A stretch of DNA of 64,000 bases from Antedon mediterranea (Eukaryota > Animalia > Echinodermata): contig NC_092670.1 in NCBI RefSeq assembly GCF_964355755.1, positions 30,616,388-30,680,387 of the forward strand, written 5' to 3'. Numbering within the stretch: the first letter of the stretch is position 1; each line of letters opens with the position of its first letter. Made by a program: the position numbers and the translations under genes. The notes beneath the pieces were generated by a model. That model worked only from the letters and a program-made list of their open reading frames with translations, did no database searches and had not been told where the DNA came from. Positions 1 through 13,090 of this stretch are shown here, piece by piece.

Positions 1-530
1 CATTTTTTCAAAATCATTTAGGAACTCTGTAACAGACAAGGTTGGTGGTCGATATATGTTAACTAAACGAAGAGATTTCGAGTTAGACGTAATATGCACA
101 TGTATAGCCTCAAATGATGCATATGTATGTACATCCGTTTTCAAGTTAACAACTAAGCTTGACTTAGACAGAATTCCAACACCACCCCCAGTTTTGTCCA
201 CCCTAGGGACATGCACAAAGCGATATCCTAGTGGAGTTAAATCTCCAATCACAAGATCATCATCTGGTCTTAACCAGGTTTCAGACACCGCCACTACATC
301 TAGATTATAGCTAACAACTAAGTCCACAAATTCATCACACTTGTTACGCAGTGAACGTGCATTTAGAACGCCAAAATTAAGATGTTCTTTTTCTATAGAC
401 CTATGCTTTTCTGTGGATTTAGTACTCGTCTCACCATTTCCAGATACTTGCTCCACTCCTTTTCTTGAGGCTTTGCGTTGCGTGGATCGAGCATTAAGTA
501 CACATAATTTTAATTTAGAAAAATGAGTAC
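1..530 (-). CDS. LINE ORF2, N-terminal apurinic-like endonuclease domain (runs off the window edge)
   Basis: Hand translation of the minus strand is open to base 1: LNFGVLNARSLRNK..VAVSETWL..RVDKTGGGVGIL..SFE..LVNIYRPP, which are APE endonuclease motifs of CR1/L2-type LINEs. No ATG is seen at the junction and the frame overlaps the ORF1 end. Confidence 0.9.
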
Positions 531-2168
531 TTATGGCGCCGTGTCCTTTTGCAGTCGGCGGACTGTGTCCAGGTACTGGCTCCACTCTTGGTGTATTTGG
601 TCTCTGTGGGGTTTTATTTGTAGAAATTGATGATTCTCCAATGGACGATTTGCTTCCGTTTGTCGTTGATACATATTCGCACGATGAAAAATCGACGACT
701 GTGGCTTGTGTATGTCAGGCACAGGTACAGACAAAGATTCGTCGCACGAATTTCCATTGATGTGGTTTATAACATTTTTGGCAAATGACCCAACTCCAAT
801 TTGGTTTAGGTGAGTTCCATCCGAAGACAGGTGTTTTGACATGATACAACTATTGTCAATAAAGCCCCAATTTCGCTGTCTAGCAACTGCTCGTATCTTG
901 TCATTGGCATCGTTTATACGCTTAGATTCTGTAAGAGATTCATGTTTTCGATGAATTATCGAGGAGATTGTTACTCTTCTCGGTTGTAAAGATTCTCCGA
1001 GAGATGATATTTTTACTGCAATAGTGGCTGGGTCATCTGAGGAGTTATTAGTTCCCGCGTGTAGAATAATTCTATCCACATTATGTTCTGTTGACAGTAC
1101 TGCTGCCTTGTGTGCAATGTCATCAGTTTTCGCGCCTCTCATTGTCTGACAGATTACGTTCAGATTTGTTGACCTGCTAAGTCGTTTTGGTTTAAACTGT
1201 TTTATCATCGAATCTCCAATAATCAAGATTTTTTTATCTAAAGCTGTATCAGAGTGTATCTGTTTGTGTTTGTTTCTATATTGGCTTAGTTGATCCTGGT
1301 ATGCAGCAGACGCAGATGATTTTGATTTGGTCAGTTTTGAAGGAGTAGAAGATGGCTGCCTGTTGGTAAGCTCCTCAAACAGATTATCAATCAATTGTTC
1401 AGTTTGTGTAATAGAATCGTTTGTGTTAGAAGAAACTTTCCTTGTTTGCGTTGTCGTAGAACTTGTGTGACTTTCCATTATTTGTTTTCTCGTCCTACGT
1501 TGTAGTTCAAAATCTGAGGTGTCGATGGCAATTTGCGTTCTTTTTAGTTCATATATTTCGTCTTTAGCTATGGATAAGCTACGCTCCGTTTCTGTAACTT
1601 GTTGACGTAATGTCTTTATTTGTTCTTCCTTGTTCATTGTCCGTTTTTCCCATAACCTCCAAGACTCAAAGTCAAGTTTCAGATTTTTGTTTTCCTTCTC
1701 CAATTTTTTCATTCTTTCATTAGATTTGTCGATATCAGCTCTAATTTTAGAAATGTCATCATTTTTTTTGGGACAGTGTATTTTTAGATGCCTTTGTTTC
1801 TGAGACTCAACCTCAGATTTTAGTGATTTGTTTTCTGTTCTGAGATTTTCATTTTCTGTTCTTACAATTTGTAGCTTAAGCTCATAGTTTTCTTCCATAT
1901 AGTTGACAATAATATTGTTAAACCTTTTATCAAAGGTTCCAGGATGTTGCTCATTTATTGAAGGGAATTCATCGCAGATTCTCAATAAGGTTGGCGGAGA
2001 ACAAGCAGTTTGTGAGTTTGGCTTAGAATCCATTTTTGTTAGTGTTGGAGGAGAATCAGATATGTCGATCCTCTCCATTTCTTTTTCCATATGTATACCA
2101 TTTGTATTAGCTTGGCATTTGTATATCTTCTTTTTTTCGTTTTTCTTTTTCTGTTTCTTATCAGCCAT
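531..2168 (-). CDS. LINE ORF1 with coiled coil and SGNH/GDSL esterase domain
   Basis: 545 aa intact ORF with a heptad-rich coiled-coil region followed by IIGDSM, LHAGTNN and DGTHLN SGNH blocks, directly upstream of the endonuclease ORF. Confidence 0.9.
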   Translation of the reverse strand: MADKKQKKKNEKKKIYKCQANTNGIHMEKEMERIDISDSPPTLTKMDSKPNSQTACSPPTLLRICDEFPSINEQHPGTFDKRFNNIIVNYMEENYELKLQIVRTENENLRTENKSLKSEVESQKQRHLKIHCPKKNDDISKIRADIDKSNERMKKLEKENKNLKLDFESWRLWEKRTMNKEEQIKTLRQQVTETERSLSIAKDEIYELKRTQIAIDTSDFELQRRTRKQIMESHTSSTTTQTRKVSSNTNDSITQTEQLIDNLFEELTNRQPSSTPSKLTKSKSSASAAYQDQLSQYRNKHKQIHSDTALDKKILIIGDSMIKQFKPKRLSRSTNLNVICQTMRGAKTDDIAHKAAVLSTEHNVDRIILHAGTNNSSDDPATIAVKISSLGESLQPRRVTISSIIHRKHESLTESKRINDANDKIRAVARQRNWGFIDNSCIMSKHLSSDGTHLNQIGVGSFAKNVINHINGNSCDESLSVPVPDIHKPQSSIFHRANMYQRQTEANRPLENHQFLQIKPHRDQIHQEWSQYLDTVRRLQKDTAP

Positions 2169-2489
2169 CGCCTAGTCGTATCAAAAAGCTATTGTAAACC
2201 GAGAGTCGATCAAGCGTGAAGACCAAAAACAAAAGAAAACAAAAGATCTTGACAGTCCTTTCAGTGTTGCGTAATAGCTTGCACTGGGCGGCGATTCCTT
2301 TGATCTGACAAAAGGCGCTAAAAATACGTATCAATCTTCTCAGTAAAATCAGTTTAAATTTGTAAAAACAGCTAACAGAGATATTAATTAAACTTTGATA
2401 TTTCTTGTAACTAAGGTCGAGATCTTCACGATCGTTGATAAGTTGATTCTTTACAAAAAAGTTTAATGTCAAATATTAAAGTAGACGGA

Positions 2490-3260
2490 ATTTATAGAGA
2501 TTATATAGGTAAATCAGTTATAAAGAAAGTAAACTCAAGGGTAAAATTTTTATATAGAAATAGAAAGTACTTAACTTTCAGAGATCTTAAGTTACTAGCA
2601 AATAGTTTGGTGTTATGCCTTTATGATTATGCTTGTAGCGTGTGGTACTCTGGATTAAAAAAAACATTAAAAGTTAAATTGCAAACTGCACAAAATAAGA
2701 CGGTCAGATGTATTCTTGGTCTTGAACCAAGGGATCACATTGGGGCTAATGAATTAAACAAACTGAATTGGCTCCCAGTAGACTTAAGAGTTAAACAGAT
2801 AAAACTTTGTCACATGTATCGTATTATTAATGGATTAAGCCCTACGTTTATGAATGATGGTATTAGTAGAGCAAATGTAATTCACCAGTACAATACTAGA
2901 TTTGCAACTCAATCAATTTATAGACCATATATAGGTAACCACTCCCAAACAACCTTTGTTAACACGGCAATAACGTCATGGAATCACCTGCCAAAATTGA
3001 TACAGTGTTCAGAAACCATCAATCAATTCAAAAGAAATATCAGGAAACATCTCAAAGAGGTTATGCTTGAAAGATTATAATTTATATTTATATTGTTACT
3101 ACATGTGTTATTGTTTATTGTAAATGTTTATTCTTATGGTGTTTTTATCCTTAAGGGCCACAATGGAAATAAGTTTGACCTTTGGTTACTTTTTTGTGTT
3201 ACCCTGAATTCATTCTTTGTATTTTTTTTATGTTGTGTTATTTTATGAATTCGAATAAAG
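2490..3260 (+). mobile_element. 5'-truncated CR1/L2/Crack-type LINE (RT C-terminus and 3'UTR)
   Basis: ORF 2466-3080 has post-RT motifs (LYDYACSVWY, LQTAQNK..RCI, LNWLPV, YNTR, SWNHLP, FKRNIRKHL). AATAAA lies near 3254. Confidence 0.85.
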
Positions 3261-3261
3261 A

Positions 3262-6200
3262 AGAGAATGGTCGATTTAATTTATTTGAGTAACCTACTAT
3301 ACGATCGTTTTTCGTGGGGGACCAACGTAACGGCTTAGCATTACAATACACTGACTGGAGCCTACCTGATGATCAATTTGAAAAACCAAGTTTCAACACA
3401 GATTTCAACTCCGATGCAGGTTTATTTAAGTTCAGCAGTTTTCGTATGTCTTCAGTGCTATCTATATTAAAAATCCGTTGATTAAGAACTGAGATTTTTC
3501 GATGTTTTTAGAGCAGCAGTATTAGAAAATTTTAAAAACCAACCGTTGTTTCACGCCCTCAATCAATCCTACTTTGATGAACGATATTTTGGTTTTGTTC
3601 ATTTAATTATAAAAAATAATTAGTGTATGCATAATAACAATGCATTGTGTACCTGTTTCATATTTTTTTATTTTTTTTTATTTCATACTTTGGGAGATAC
3701 CATTTATTTAAAAAGGGGTGTTTTTCACTTTTTTTAAATTGTTCAATGCAACTAAACTTTACTTCACCATAACGCCCAAAGTGGTGTATTTTTTTAGTTG
3801 ATTTATTACAAATAGGTAGTTCTAATGTTTAATAATTACTGGGGTATTATTAAAATCTACAAGCAGTGTTGCGAAAAACATAGGCATTTTTATATTAAAA
3901 AAAACATGGTATATATATAGTAAAAACATTTTATTTTCTTTGATTATTTCATTTGAAACGCATTGGTCAGAAAAATTCTTAATGTTTTATATAGTTCTAG
4001 TTGTGTTGTGAGAAAAAACTAATATTTTTAATTATAGATTCTGTAATTCCCAGTTTTAATGTCATTTTATCGGTTATATCCTCTGGAAATTTGAATAAAT
4101 TATCAGATCGTTGTGAATTTTAATCTTTGCAACAGATTACTCCTCTTTTATTTTGATGCTCCTCTTTCATTTGTTTACTTTTTTTATTTGCTAACCTAAG
4201 CAGATCCCACCTGCCCATCCACCACCACTTTCGACTACCACCCCCCCCCCCTCCCCACACCGACTATAACCACAAAAAGATAAACTGCAACACTTTGGTC
4301 GATCATCCACTATAGAGTGTCAAATGCATGCATTCAAGCACCACCCACACTGCCGCTACTATCGCCCCAATGAATAGACGGATTCAAACTCCTCCATCCC
4401 ACCCCCTCCCCCTTTCTCCAAGCCCCCACCCACCCAAAGTTAAAAATTGCAATGCAAAAGATAGGACATAAAGTTAAGTTTTTAGACCCTCGCCTTCAAA
4501 CCCTTAACTATTTAAAAGTCCTGGATCCACCACTTTCCCCTCCCCAAAATAGAACCAATCAAAAGTCAATGATATACTCAGGTATGTTAATGCTACATAA
4601 CAAATATTGAAGCCCTGGTGTGAAATTTCATTTCATTTAAGGTCAGCATGTAAAATATCACACTTTATTATTAAATATTGGTTTTAAATTCTATATTTTT
4701 TCACTGTGATGGTTGGATCCAGTATTAATTATTAATTAATAATTATCTGATTATTATTTAATTTCCCTTAGTTATGCATAGCAACAGTTACTATGGTAAC
4801 TAAAATTGAGATATTCTTTAGATTTTGCATATTTATCTTATACAAATTTAAATTTGTAGATTATTAGCAGGCATGCCTTATTTGCATTTTCAAATTACCG
4901 TTTCACAAGGTCATATTCGTAAGCACTTTCTTCTGTGATTATTTTTATTCATGAAAACCCCATATTTTATTTACAGCGGCCACCTCACTTAACGGACGCA
5001 CTTTGAAAAGCCTGTTTGTTCTTCCTATCTAATTAGTGCATTTGGTGCTTACCGTATAAGCAGCTGCGGGCACCTTTTTATACTAAAAATGAGATTTTTT
5101 TGTAAGCGGCCAATCGAAAAATGTGATAATTATTGCATGGACCTATGAATTAGAGGTCCATGTTTATTGTATTTCTTTATATATTAACTTTATTTTTAAG
5201 AGGTTTTAAAAACATTACTGTGAAGAGATGAGAAAACTACACAGATTTTGACCGACCATTTTTCATATGATAAAAGCTTTTAAAATTTGTCTGAAAATGT
5301 TAAAAAATACTAAACCACCTGATTATAAATAGTAATAGGCCTACAACAATTAGCTGGAAAATTGAGAGGCTCGTTTCGTTAAGAATATCGTATATAGCCA
5401 TAATACGTGATTTTGGCCCTTTATCGGCAGAACCTCTCGTAAGGGGTCACCGCCCGTAAGGGGCCACTTTCCAGGTCCCGAGGGTGGCCACTTACGGAAG
5501 GTTCAACTGTATTAAAAAAAACAATTATCCTTAGTTACGCATAGAAACAGGTTCTAAGATAACAACAATTATACATTTTGACATAACTTGACCCAACAAA
5601 TCACCCTTTCACAAGGTCAGACATTGTCTGGGATTCAGTAGGCCTACCGTAGATAAGTACATTTTAGAAAAAGTAGTAAAGCTATGTAATCAATTGGTTG
5701 TAGTCATGAAACCTCATATTAAAAATATTGAACTTAGTTACGTATAGAAACAGTTGCTACAATACACTATAGGTAAAATGTTGATGTCATTTGACCTCAA
5801 TATGTAAAATATATATTTTTTTTCATGAAAACTCAATATTTAATTTTTTTTTTTAAATATCCTTAGTTACGTAAACAGGTTTAAGATAACACGAAAGGTC
5901 AATTTTTTACCTTTATTCAGATTTTTCTGAGATTATTAGGATTCAGTATTTAAAGTAAATTTGGCAAAAAGTAGAAATGTAAAACTATGTAGAAAAAATG
6001 TTTTGTATTTATGAAAAATCCCTTATTTTTTAGAAATTTTCGCATAGAAACAGTTACTATGGTAAAATATTGACCTCATTTGACCTCAAAATGAATGAAG
6101 GTCAAGTTTGTCATTATTAGATGCAGTAGAAGTAAAATTGAGAACAATTACAAATGCAATCAATTCTGTATTTATAAAAACGCCATTTGTTACGTTTTTT

Positions 6201-7252
6201 TTAAATTAATTTCCTTAGTTACACATAGGAATGGTTGCTAAGGTAACACTATAGGTAAAAAATTAAAATTGTTGAGAATTTTTATGAACTATCTTGTGAA
6301 TTTTGATCAAACATTAATAGTTGTAGTAAAGTGGGGACCTGTCCTGTTTTGCATTCTGACCACTTTTGACCTCAAATGACCTATTTACAAGGTCAGATTT
6401 TTTGGGGGGTCTTTCTGTATCTCTTTACACAGAATAGATTTAAAAATTTATAAAAACCATTGACGCAATTATTTCAAAGTTTAACATTATTTTCCATCAA
6501 CTAAATATTTCAATGCAAAATACTGTTTTTCTGGCAATTAATTGAAATAAACCTGGCAACACATTCTCCTATTTTATCTAAACTATTCGTATGACTCTAG
6601 TAGCATTATGACAAGCCACATATACATTTTATTATTGGATTAGCCATATTTAAATTGTGTTTCATGTGTTTTGTTTGTTGATATTTTGTTTGTATTTTTT
6701 TGTATTTTTCGTATTTTCCTGGCAACACAAAACATATGTACGAAATTTACCCCATTTTTGTCGTGATTATTGTTGACAAACCTATTGACTATCAAATTAA
6801 AAAACCTCATTTATTTAAAAACACCACTTTGGAAGTTATAGGTACGTTTATGAGGTATACTTTTATAAAAAAAAAATATTTTTTAAAAACACCCCTTTTT
6901 AAAATAATGGTATCAACCAAACTTCATTTTGTAATTCTTTTTTTTTTACATTAAATGGAACTCAATACATGTTGTTTACACTGCTATAAACAAAAACTGT
7001 ATACTGTAAGTAATTTTGGTTAAAATAAGTATACAAGTTTGTACTTTTTTACTATAGAAAATCTGTGAAAAATGGCAAAAACATCAACATTTGGATAATT
7101 GACCGTTGTCATGGCAACGGAGGCTAAAAATTAAAATGAATGTTGTAGATATGCTTTTTATTGAAATGTCTATTCATGGTAAAAATTTGAGAGAAATCCA
7201 TTTTTTTACATCTGCCACCAAATCTTTGATTTTTACAGACAATGGCTCTTAA
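3262..7252. mobile_element. Probable old non-autonomous DNA transposon region (TTAA-ending, Kolobok/piggyBac-like)
   Basis: Diverged inverted similarity between ~3690-3800 and ~6815-6920. The right end ..ATGGCTCTTAA cuts the Gypsy pol at a TTAA. The left end is only weakly similar. Confidence 0.4.
4972..5511. mobile_element. Tc1/pogo-like MITE remnant
   Basis: The right end ..GGAAGGTTCAACTG-TA has repeated GGCCAC/TAAG subterminal motifs. The left end is only partial (GCGGCCACCTCACTTAACGG). Confidence 0.45.
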
Positions 7253-7734
7253 GTGCTTCCATTTTGCGATGTTTACGTAGAACGGAGTTGACATCCGGCA
7301 TAAGGGATGGTTGGGGTTTCGCATATCGTCCGACCTCGGCGAATGATGTAACCAGACGGTAACCACCACTATCTTTTTTTGACAAGGAAAGATGGGTTAA
7401 GGTATTCGACTTGGACACCGACGTCATCGGGGCGAAAAAATACTCCCACTTCCTCAAGCTCATCAAATTTGTCCTGTAGCTCGACCAGTTTATCTCTGGA
7501 GTCGAGTACTGAGGAACTCGACCCTACCTCTGAGGAGGCTGTACAGGTCCCATGTTAACAACAGCCTGGAATGGGCCAACAGAGCCGTTGTAGGCTTTAA
7601 TCATACAATCGAAAACAACATCGTATTCAGTAAGAATGGATTGGAATTGGGATTTCACTTTCAGTGGGAGGATATGGTCTGGATCTAACTTGACATAGTC
7701 AGAAAACGCGACAGAGGAAGGAGGCTTACAGGGC

Positions 7735-9450
7735 TTAGATGGCAACTTTTGGGGAATAGCATTTTTGGCCGACAATGGCACAAAGGTGGGTCGGACTTGG
7801 CAAAAATGTTCGTGTCGTTTGATGACCTGAGGTGTGTCGGTACAGTTTGGGATACGTACCCTTCCCGCAACAGTCAAACTTTGGACAGGTTCGGGGAAAC
7901 GTACCCTTACTATGTGGTTCGAGAGCAAACACGTCATCTTGTTGGATGAAGTCAGACGGAATCGCTACCTCGATAAATTCTCCCGGCCATATAGTGGTCT
8001 CCCCTTCAGGAGCACAAAGCACACAATCACAACGAACCGTGTTATGGTGAAGGCCCTGTACCTGGGAAACATAGATGTACGTGGTACCGTCACCCAATTT
8101 AATTTCCCGCTTCGCGGGTCGGAGGGCGATATCATTTAGCTTCATAAAAGGAGTTCCGGCAAGAATGTCGACGTCAAGTTTTCCGACAACGAGACCCTCA
8201 AATTTGAATTCCCTGTTGTCCCTTGTGAGAATAATTGTCGTTTCGCCTACGACCGGAAGTGGGGAAGATCCATCAGCCTGATGTGCAGACTGAGAGCTAC
8301 TTTTAATGGTGGCGCCAAGGGCAGTGGCAGCAGTAAAGGCAATCATTTTTCTTGTAGCCCCACTGTCGAGTATGATTCTGGCTGTGTGGTGTTGGTGAAA
8401 TGTGTCAAGGTATGGGGACTGGCGAACTTGGACTCGTAAAGCTGTCGACGGTGCACTATTATCACCAGGCTCATCCGAGGTGTTATCATCATCGATGATG
8501 CCAACGATTTGTCGGGCCTTAGCCATGTATTTCCTGTCTGACTCGGGCAAATGAGGGCATTCACTGAGGAAATGCTTGTCGTCCGATCGGCCGCTCTGTT
8601 TACAGATAGGACAGGACTTGTGTTGGGAGAACTGTGGTCGGGAGAATGACTTCCGAGGATTGGAATTTCGGCGTGAATCAGTGAAGCGGGGTGTGAAAGC
8701 TGAAGGAGAGCGAAATGTGGATGACCGAAAAGCACGCGCATCATCCGCAGTTCGTAACTCTTCTAAGAGAGAGTCTAAAGCCTGAGAAATCTCCGGTTTC
8801 ACTGACGCCAGAGTTCGAGTGCGGAGCTCAGTACCATACCTTTGCTTAACTAACTTAGGAAGGCATTTGTGGATGAGAGAGAGCCAAGTAAGAACTACCA
8901 AATTTTCCAACGAGGGTGAAAGTTCTTCGTCCTCCTGTATTTGGGCATCATGGTGGGAAATGCCCCCGTCTTGACGTAGTAAATTATCATGGACGAAAGC
9001 AACTAAGCGCTGATAGAGATCTTCCGGCCTTTCATTATCTTGTAAATGTATATAAGCAAAATCAATAAAATGGGCGCCGGTTGACTGGTGGAATCCATAA
9101 TGCAGTCGGATAGTCTGCCAAATTTGAGAAAGTGAGGAGGAGCTTTTAACAATGATATTCCGGGAAATTATAGGGCAAAAATTAGCGATCTGACCGAGCA
9201 TGAGTTCAAGGATAGTGAGTTTTTGTTGGGCGGTATAACGACGTGCAACAGGTACCTCCTCATTGTCGTCAGTTAAGCCGCGAAGGGGGGATGCCCTGGT
9301 TTTGGGACGCCAAACAGAACCATCTAGGAGAAATGGGGCAAAGTTTGCATCAAGTGAGAGTGTGTAGATAAGGTTTTGCTTCCAGTTTTCGAAGGTATTT
9401 ATAGTTTCATTCTTGGTTAAGCACCATTGCTTGGGTGCTCTAGTACCGGC
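7735..9450 (-). pseudogene. Gypsy gag-protease reading frame, frameshifted after the protease
   Basis: The ORF track gives 579 aa, but the first 8 residues come from an inserted MITE. pol continues in 7524-7937 and 7233-7466 with a stop and frameshifts. Confidence 0.85.
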
Positions 9451-10177
9451 GGCGCTACTGCAGTTTCGCACCACACCGTTATATCTTCGATTTCTTACCT
9501 AAACTTTCGTTTTTTACACTCGCAACAAAATATTATGTAACATGTTTATACGATTCGACCACTTACTAAGTAATTTTTTTTAAATAACAATACTTTTCAA
9601 AACATTTTAAACAATACTGAACTCGCTGTCAACACACTGCGAAATGTTCGCCATCTTATATTTATCACTTAATTGCCAGAATTTATGCTTCATTTTACCC
9701 CAAAAATTGTAGAAACTATAGAGGGCAGTGTTATAAAATCCGATTGAAAAGCAAGAAATGTTTTCAGCTGGCGAAATAATAAAGGCTAAATTAATATTTC
9801 ATTATTAGTATTATTATTCATATTTGAATGGTTCCTATCAATGTTTTATGTACGGACTCATATCGTCGCCCTTTTGATATGTACAGCTGGTTCTTTATAA
9901 AAACCACTTTTTGCAGTTAAAAAAAAAAACAGAAAATAAAACATACATTGATTTCTGGCAATTTTCTGATTCTAAAATGGCCACAGTTCGATCGAAGTAT
10001 TCGCGAAAAAAGGAGCTGTTTTGAAAGGCATTTTTTGTTATGATAAAGGTAATTAACGGTGGCTAAATCATGGGAACATGTTACATAATGGCCCAAAATT
10101 GTATGATGTGGGTGTGAGAAAAAAATTAAGCGAGAAATCGAAGATATAACAGTGTGGTGCGAAACTGCAGTAGCGCC
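9451..10177. mobile_element. Non-autonomous TIR element with 8-bp TSD (Merlin-like)
   Basis: ~46-bp TIR GGCGCTACTGCAGTTTCGCACCACAC(C/T)GTTATATCTTCGATTTCT. GTACCGGC is duplicated at 9443-9450 and 10178-10185. Confidence 0.85.
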
Positions 10178-11399
10178 GTACCGGCTATGGTAAGAAATGT
10201 ATACAGAAGTCAAGGTGTTGTCAGTTGCACGTGTGAAGCAACAGCCGATCGGCGCCTGTGAAAGCGTAGAGTATGTGATGATATGCTAGCTCGATTTGTT
10301 GGGCTAGGCTTACTAGATTGGGTAGGCTACTCACCAGTACTAGTCGAATAATGGTTGATGGGCTCGTAATCGTATAGCTGCCACCACGCCAGTAAGGCAA
10401 AAGGCACACCACAATAAAGACGACCGGACACGTATAATAAGATCTTTATTCGTCAAAGCCAATGAAATATCACAACAATAACATAACAACCAGCGGCCGT
10501 GATATATGTGTCAACCCAGATAGGGGGCGCTAGACTGGCGCTAATTTTAAATTTAAACAATAATTACTGCTACCAAATAATTAATGGCATGTGTTTATAA
10601 TAATAATTATTGCTTTCCTGGTACATTTTTAGGCTAGCTGGTGTGACTGAGTGACAGTCCTACAGCCTAGGCTATAGTAGATAGTATAGATAGGCCTTAA
10701 TAATATTAATACATTTGTATAATAAGGTTTAATATTTTGGCTATTAGCTCTCTTGTTTGGATTTGTACTGAAGTACTGTAGATTTAAAAATTGATTTATT
10801 TTTAAAGTAAAGTATACAGTTGCATCTATTGTTAATCAATATGACATCAGAACCAACAATGTTCCTCAAGCCTGTAGATATCTCAAGGCCTACAATCATG
10901 ACTACAAACAAGTCTTTTGTAGACCATGACAGTGACAAAAAAAGCAAAATAATATCGCACAGCGTTGTTAGGCCATACCGTCCTGGTAGACATCAAATTA
11001 AAAAGGTAGGTAAATAATCATAACCACCTCTTTAGAAAGTTTAATACACACTTCAAACAATGAAATGTGTTTGTACTCCCATATTAAAGAACAATGTTAG
11101 TATAAAATAACTGTCAAAACAAATAATTGTAATTTATTTTATTTATGCCTCTTTTCTTTATTAAATATTTCTTCAATCAACTATTTTTCCAGGTGTCAAT
11201 ATTTTATAATATTCAACATCCGACAGGTGTGGTGACATCTTGACTGGTAAATTCAAATGCTGTTTCAATTTTACATTGACATTACATATAAACTCAATTG
11301 GTCAAGTTGCTCTTTAAATATACATTGTCCCTTTGAGCATAGAATTTTTTCTTTTCTTTTGTGAGGTTCACTCACCTTTATTTCATTTCAAAACATAAA

Positions 11400-13090
11400 T
11401 AAACAATTTTATTATGTTTGTATATTATCTTTTTAAATATATACTATTTTCATTCATAGACATAAAGTTTCCCCTTACATCTTAAAAAAACTCTGCAAGA
11501 TATCATTTACACATTTACATTACATATAATCTGAAAACAATATCAATAAATATGGAAAATCAAAGGCAACTCAATAACCAGTTGCTTGTAGAGTATAGCA
11601 TTTACCATGCTATTTTTTGTTACACTTCTTTTTATTGTTTTTTCATTTTTTTCTCTTTTTTTCTGTTTTATTTCGTCTATTTACATTTTTGTACAAATTA
11701 ATTTATTTACAGTAACCTTCAAAATAAAAAAATCAATAAAATACATTCATGGTATACTCTTGTGTAAGTATATGTTTTAAACATTATCCATGAGTTTTTA
11801 CAGACTGACTTATTTAATTCTGACAATATTTTTATTTTATATATAAAATATAGAGCAATTGAGTATAACTTATTTTTTATGTTGCATTCGGACCCAAAAA
11901 CAAGTTCTTCAAAAGAACAGTTACTATTATCTAACTTTTTAAATATTTCATTGATTTTTTTTCCATAATAGGACATTGCTTTTACGTTTGAAAAACATGT
12001 GCTTATCATCCTCAGTTACATCACATAACTCACATTTTCTTAATATTCCATTTAAATTATATAATTGTAAATTTGTTGGTAAAATTCTAAGAAGTAATTT
12101 GTAATTAAGTTGTGCATATTTTTTGTTTTTCTCATTGTTTACTTTTCTTGACCAAATATCAAACCAGTTTGTAATTTCAATATCAATTTCTTTTTCCCAT
12201 TTGGGAATAGTAATAGGAGCAACAAACATACCTTCTATAAAACTTGAATATATCTGTTTTGTTTTCATCTGAAATATCTTGTTTATTATTTTATAATCAT
12301 CTGAATTTAATTTAACACTATCTCCATTATAATTTTTATTAAATCCAGCCAACCTTTAGGAATAGCTTGCATAAGTGTAGCGTATTCACTAAGCCAGTTT
12401 CTTTTGACATTTAATTTTGATAAAATTTCATGTGGGTTCATTAGTCTATTGATTCTTACTAAATCATTGATCTGATTGAAACCTACATTACTCCACGTTT
12501 TATAAAACAAAGTAGTGTTTTTACAAACAATTTCCTTATTACCCCATAGGTTTTCTTGTATAACATTATTATAAGATTTTGCCTTACTGTTTATATTTGT
12601 ATTAAATTCTGCACAACTTTTTATTACATTTGAATAAAATAAGGGCCTCTTAGCTAACAAAAACTGCCATTTCTTATATTCAAGTTTGACATATTAAACA
12701 CCATATATTCACTTCCAATCTTGTTTATATAATACAGTGGAAGTACTTTCCATTTTACATGTTTTCTACAAAGAATTCTCTTTACCCATGTGATTTTAAG
12801 TGTTTTAACTTGAGTAGAAAAGTCTGGCATATTAATGCCACCCTCAATTATATTACCAATACATTTTTTTCTTTTTATCTTTTCATTTTTTCCATCCAAA
12901 AGAAATTCATAAGACAATTGTGTTATCCTTTTAACGACACTTTCTGGCACATCAATTATGGATGCGTTGTATATTAATGGGGCTAAAAGCTAAACTTTTT
13001 AAAACTGTGACTTTTCCAAAAATTGTAAGATTCCTTGCTTTCCAAGAGTTTAATACTTTTTCAAGGTTTGTTAATTTTTTTAGCCCAGAG
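11400..13090 (-). mobile_element. 5'-truncated, frameshifted Tx1/L1-clade LINE
   Basis: Consecutive ORF pieces: SWKARNLTIFGK, EGGINMPDF, LWGNKEI, WEKE..W, LPTNLQL, and a zf-RVT-like CELCDVTEDDKHMFF. An A-rich 3'UTR follows. Ends are approximate. Confidence 0.85.

Larger units (their letters stand above)
1..2490 (-). mobile_element. 5' portion of a CR1/L2-group LINE with esterase ORF1
   Basis: 5'UTR, ORF1 and ORF2 start in the expected order. The 5' boundary is approximate. Confidence 0.85.
7253..10560 (-). mobile_element. Decayed Ty3/Gypsy LTR retrotransposon, 5' half (LTR-like, PBS, gag, protease, start of RT)
   Basis: gag RAPKQW.., zinc knuckle CPICKQSGRSDDKHFLSEC, protease LDSGA, then PVQPPQR*GRVPQY and GGYRLVTSFAEVGRYAKPQPSLMPDV in shifted frames. 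PBS-like TGGTGGCAGC at 10377-10386 (minus), with AATAAA in the upstream LTR-like segment. Confidence 0.88.

Noticed and set aside
3360-3400. Hammerhead or C/D-box RNA at CTGATGA..GAAA
   Set aside because: No supporting stems around the motif.
10560-10580. tRNA-iMet PBS (TGGTAGCAG, minus strand)
   Set aside because: Only 9 nt match, and it lies beyond the LTR-like segment. The TGGTGGCAGC at 10377-10386 fits the element layout better.
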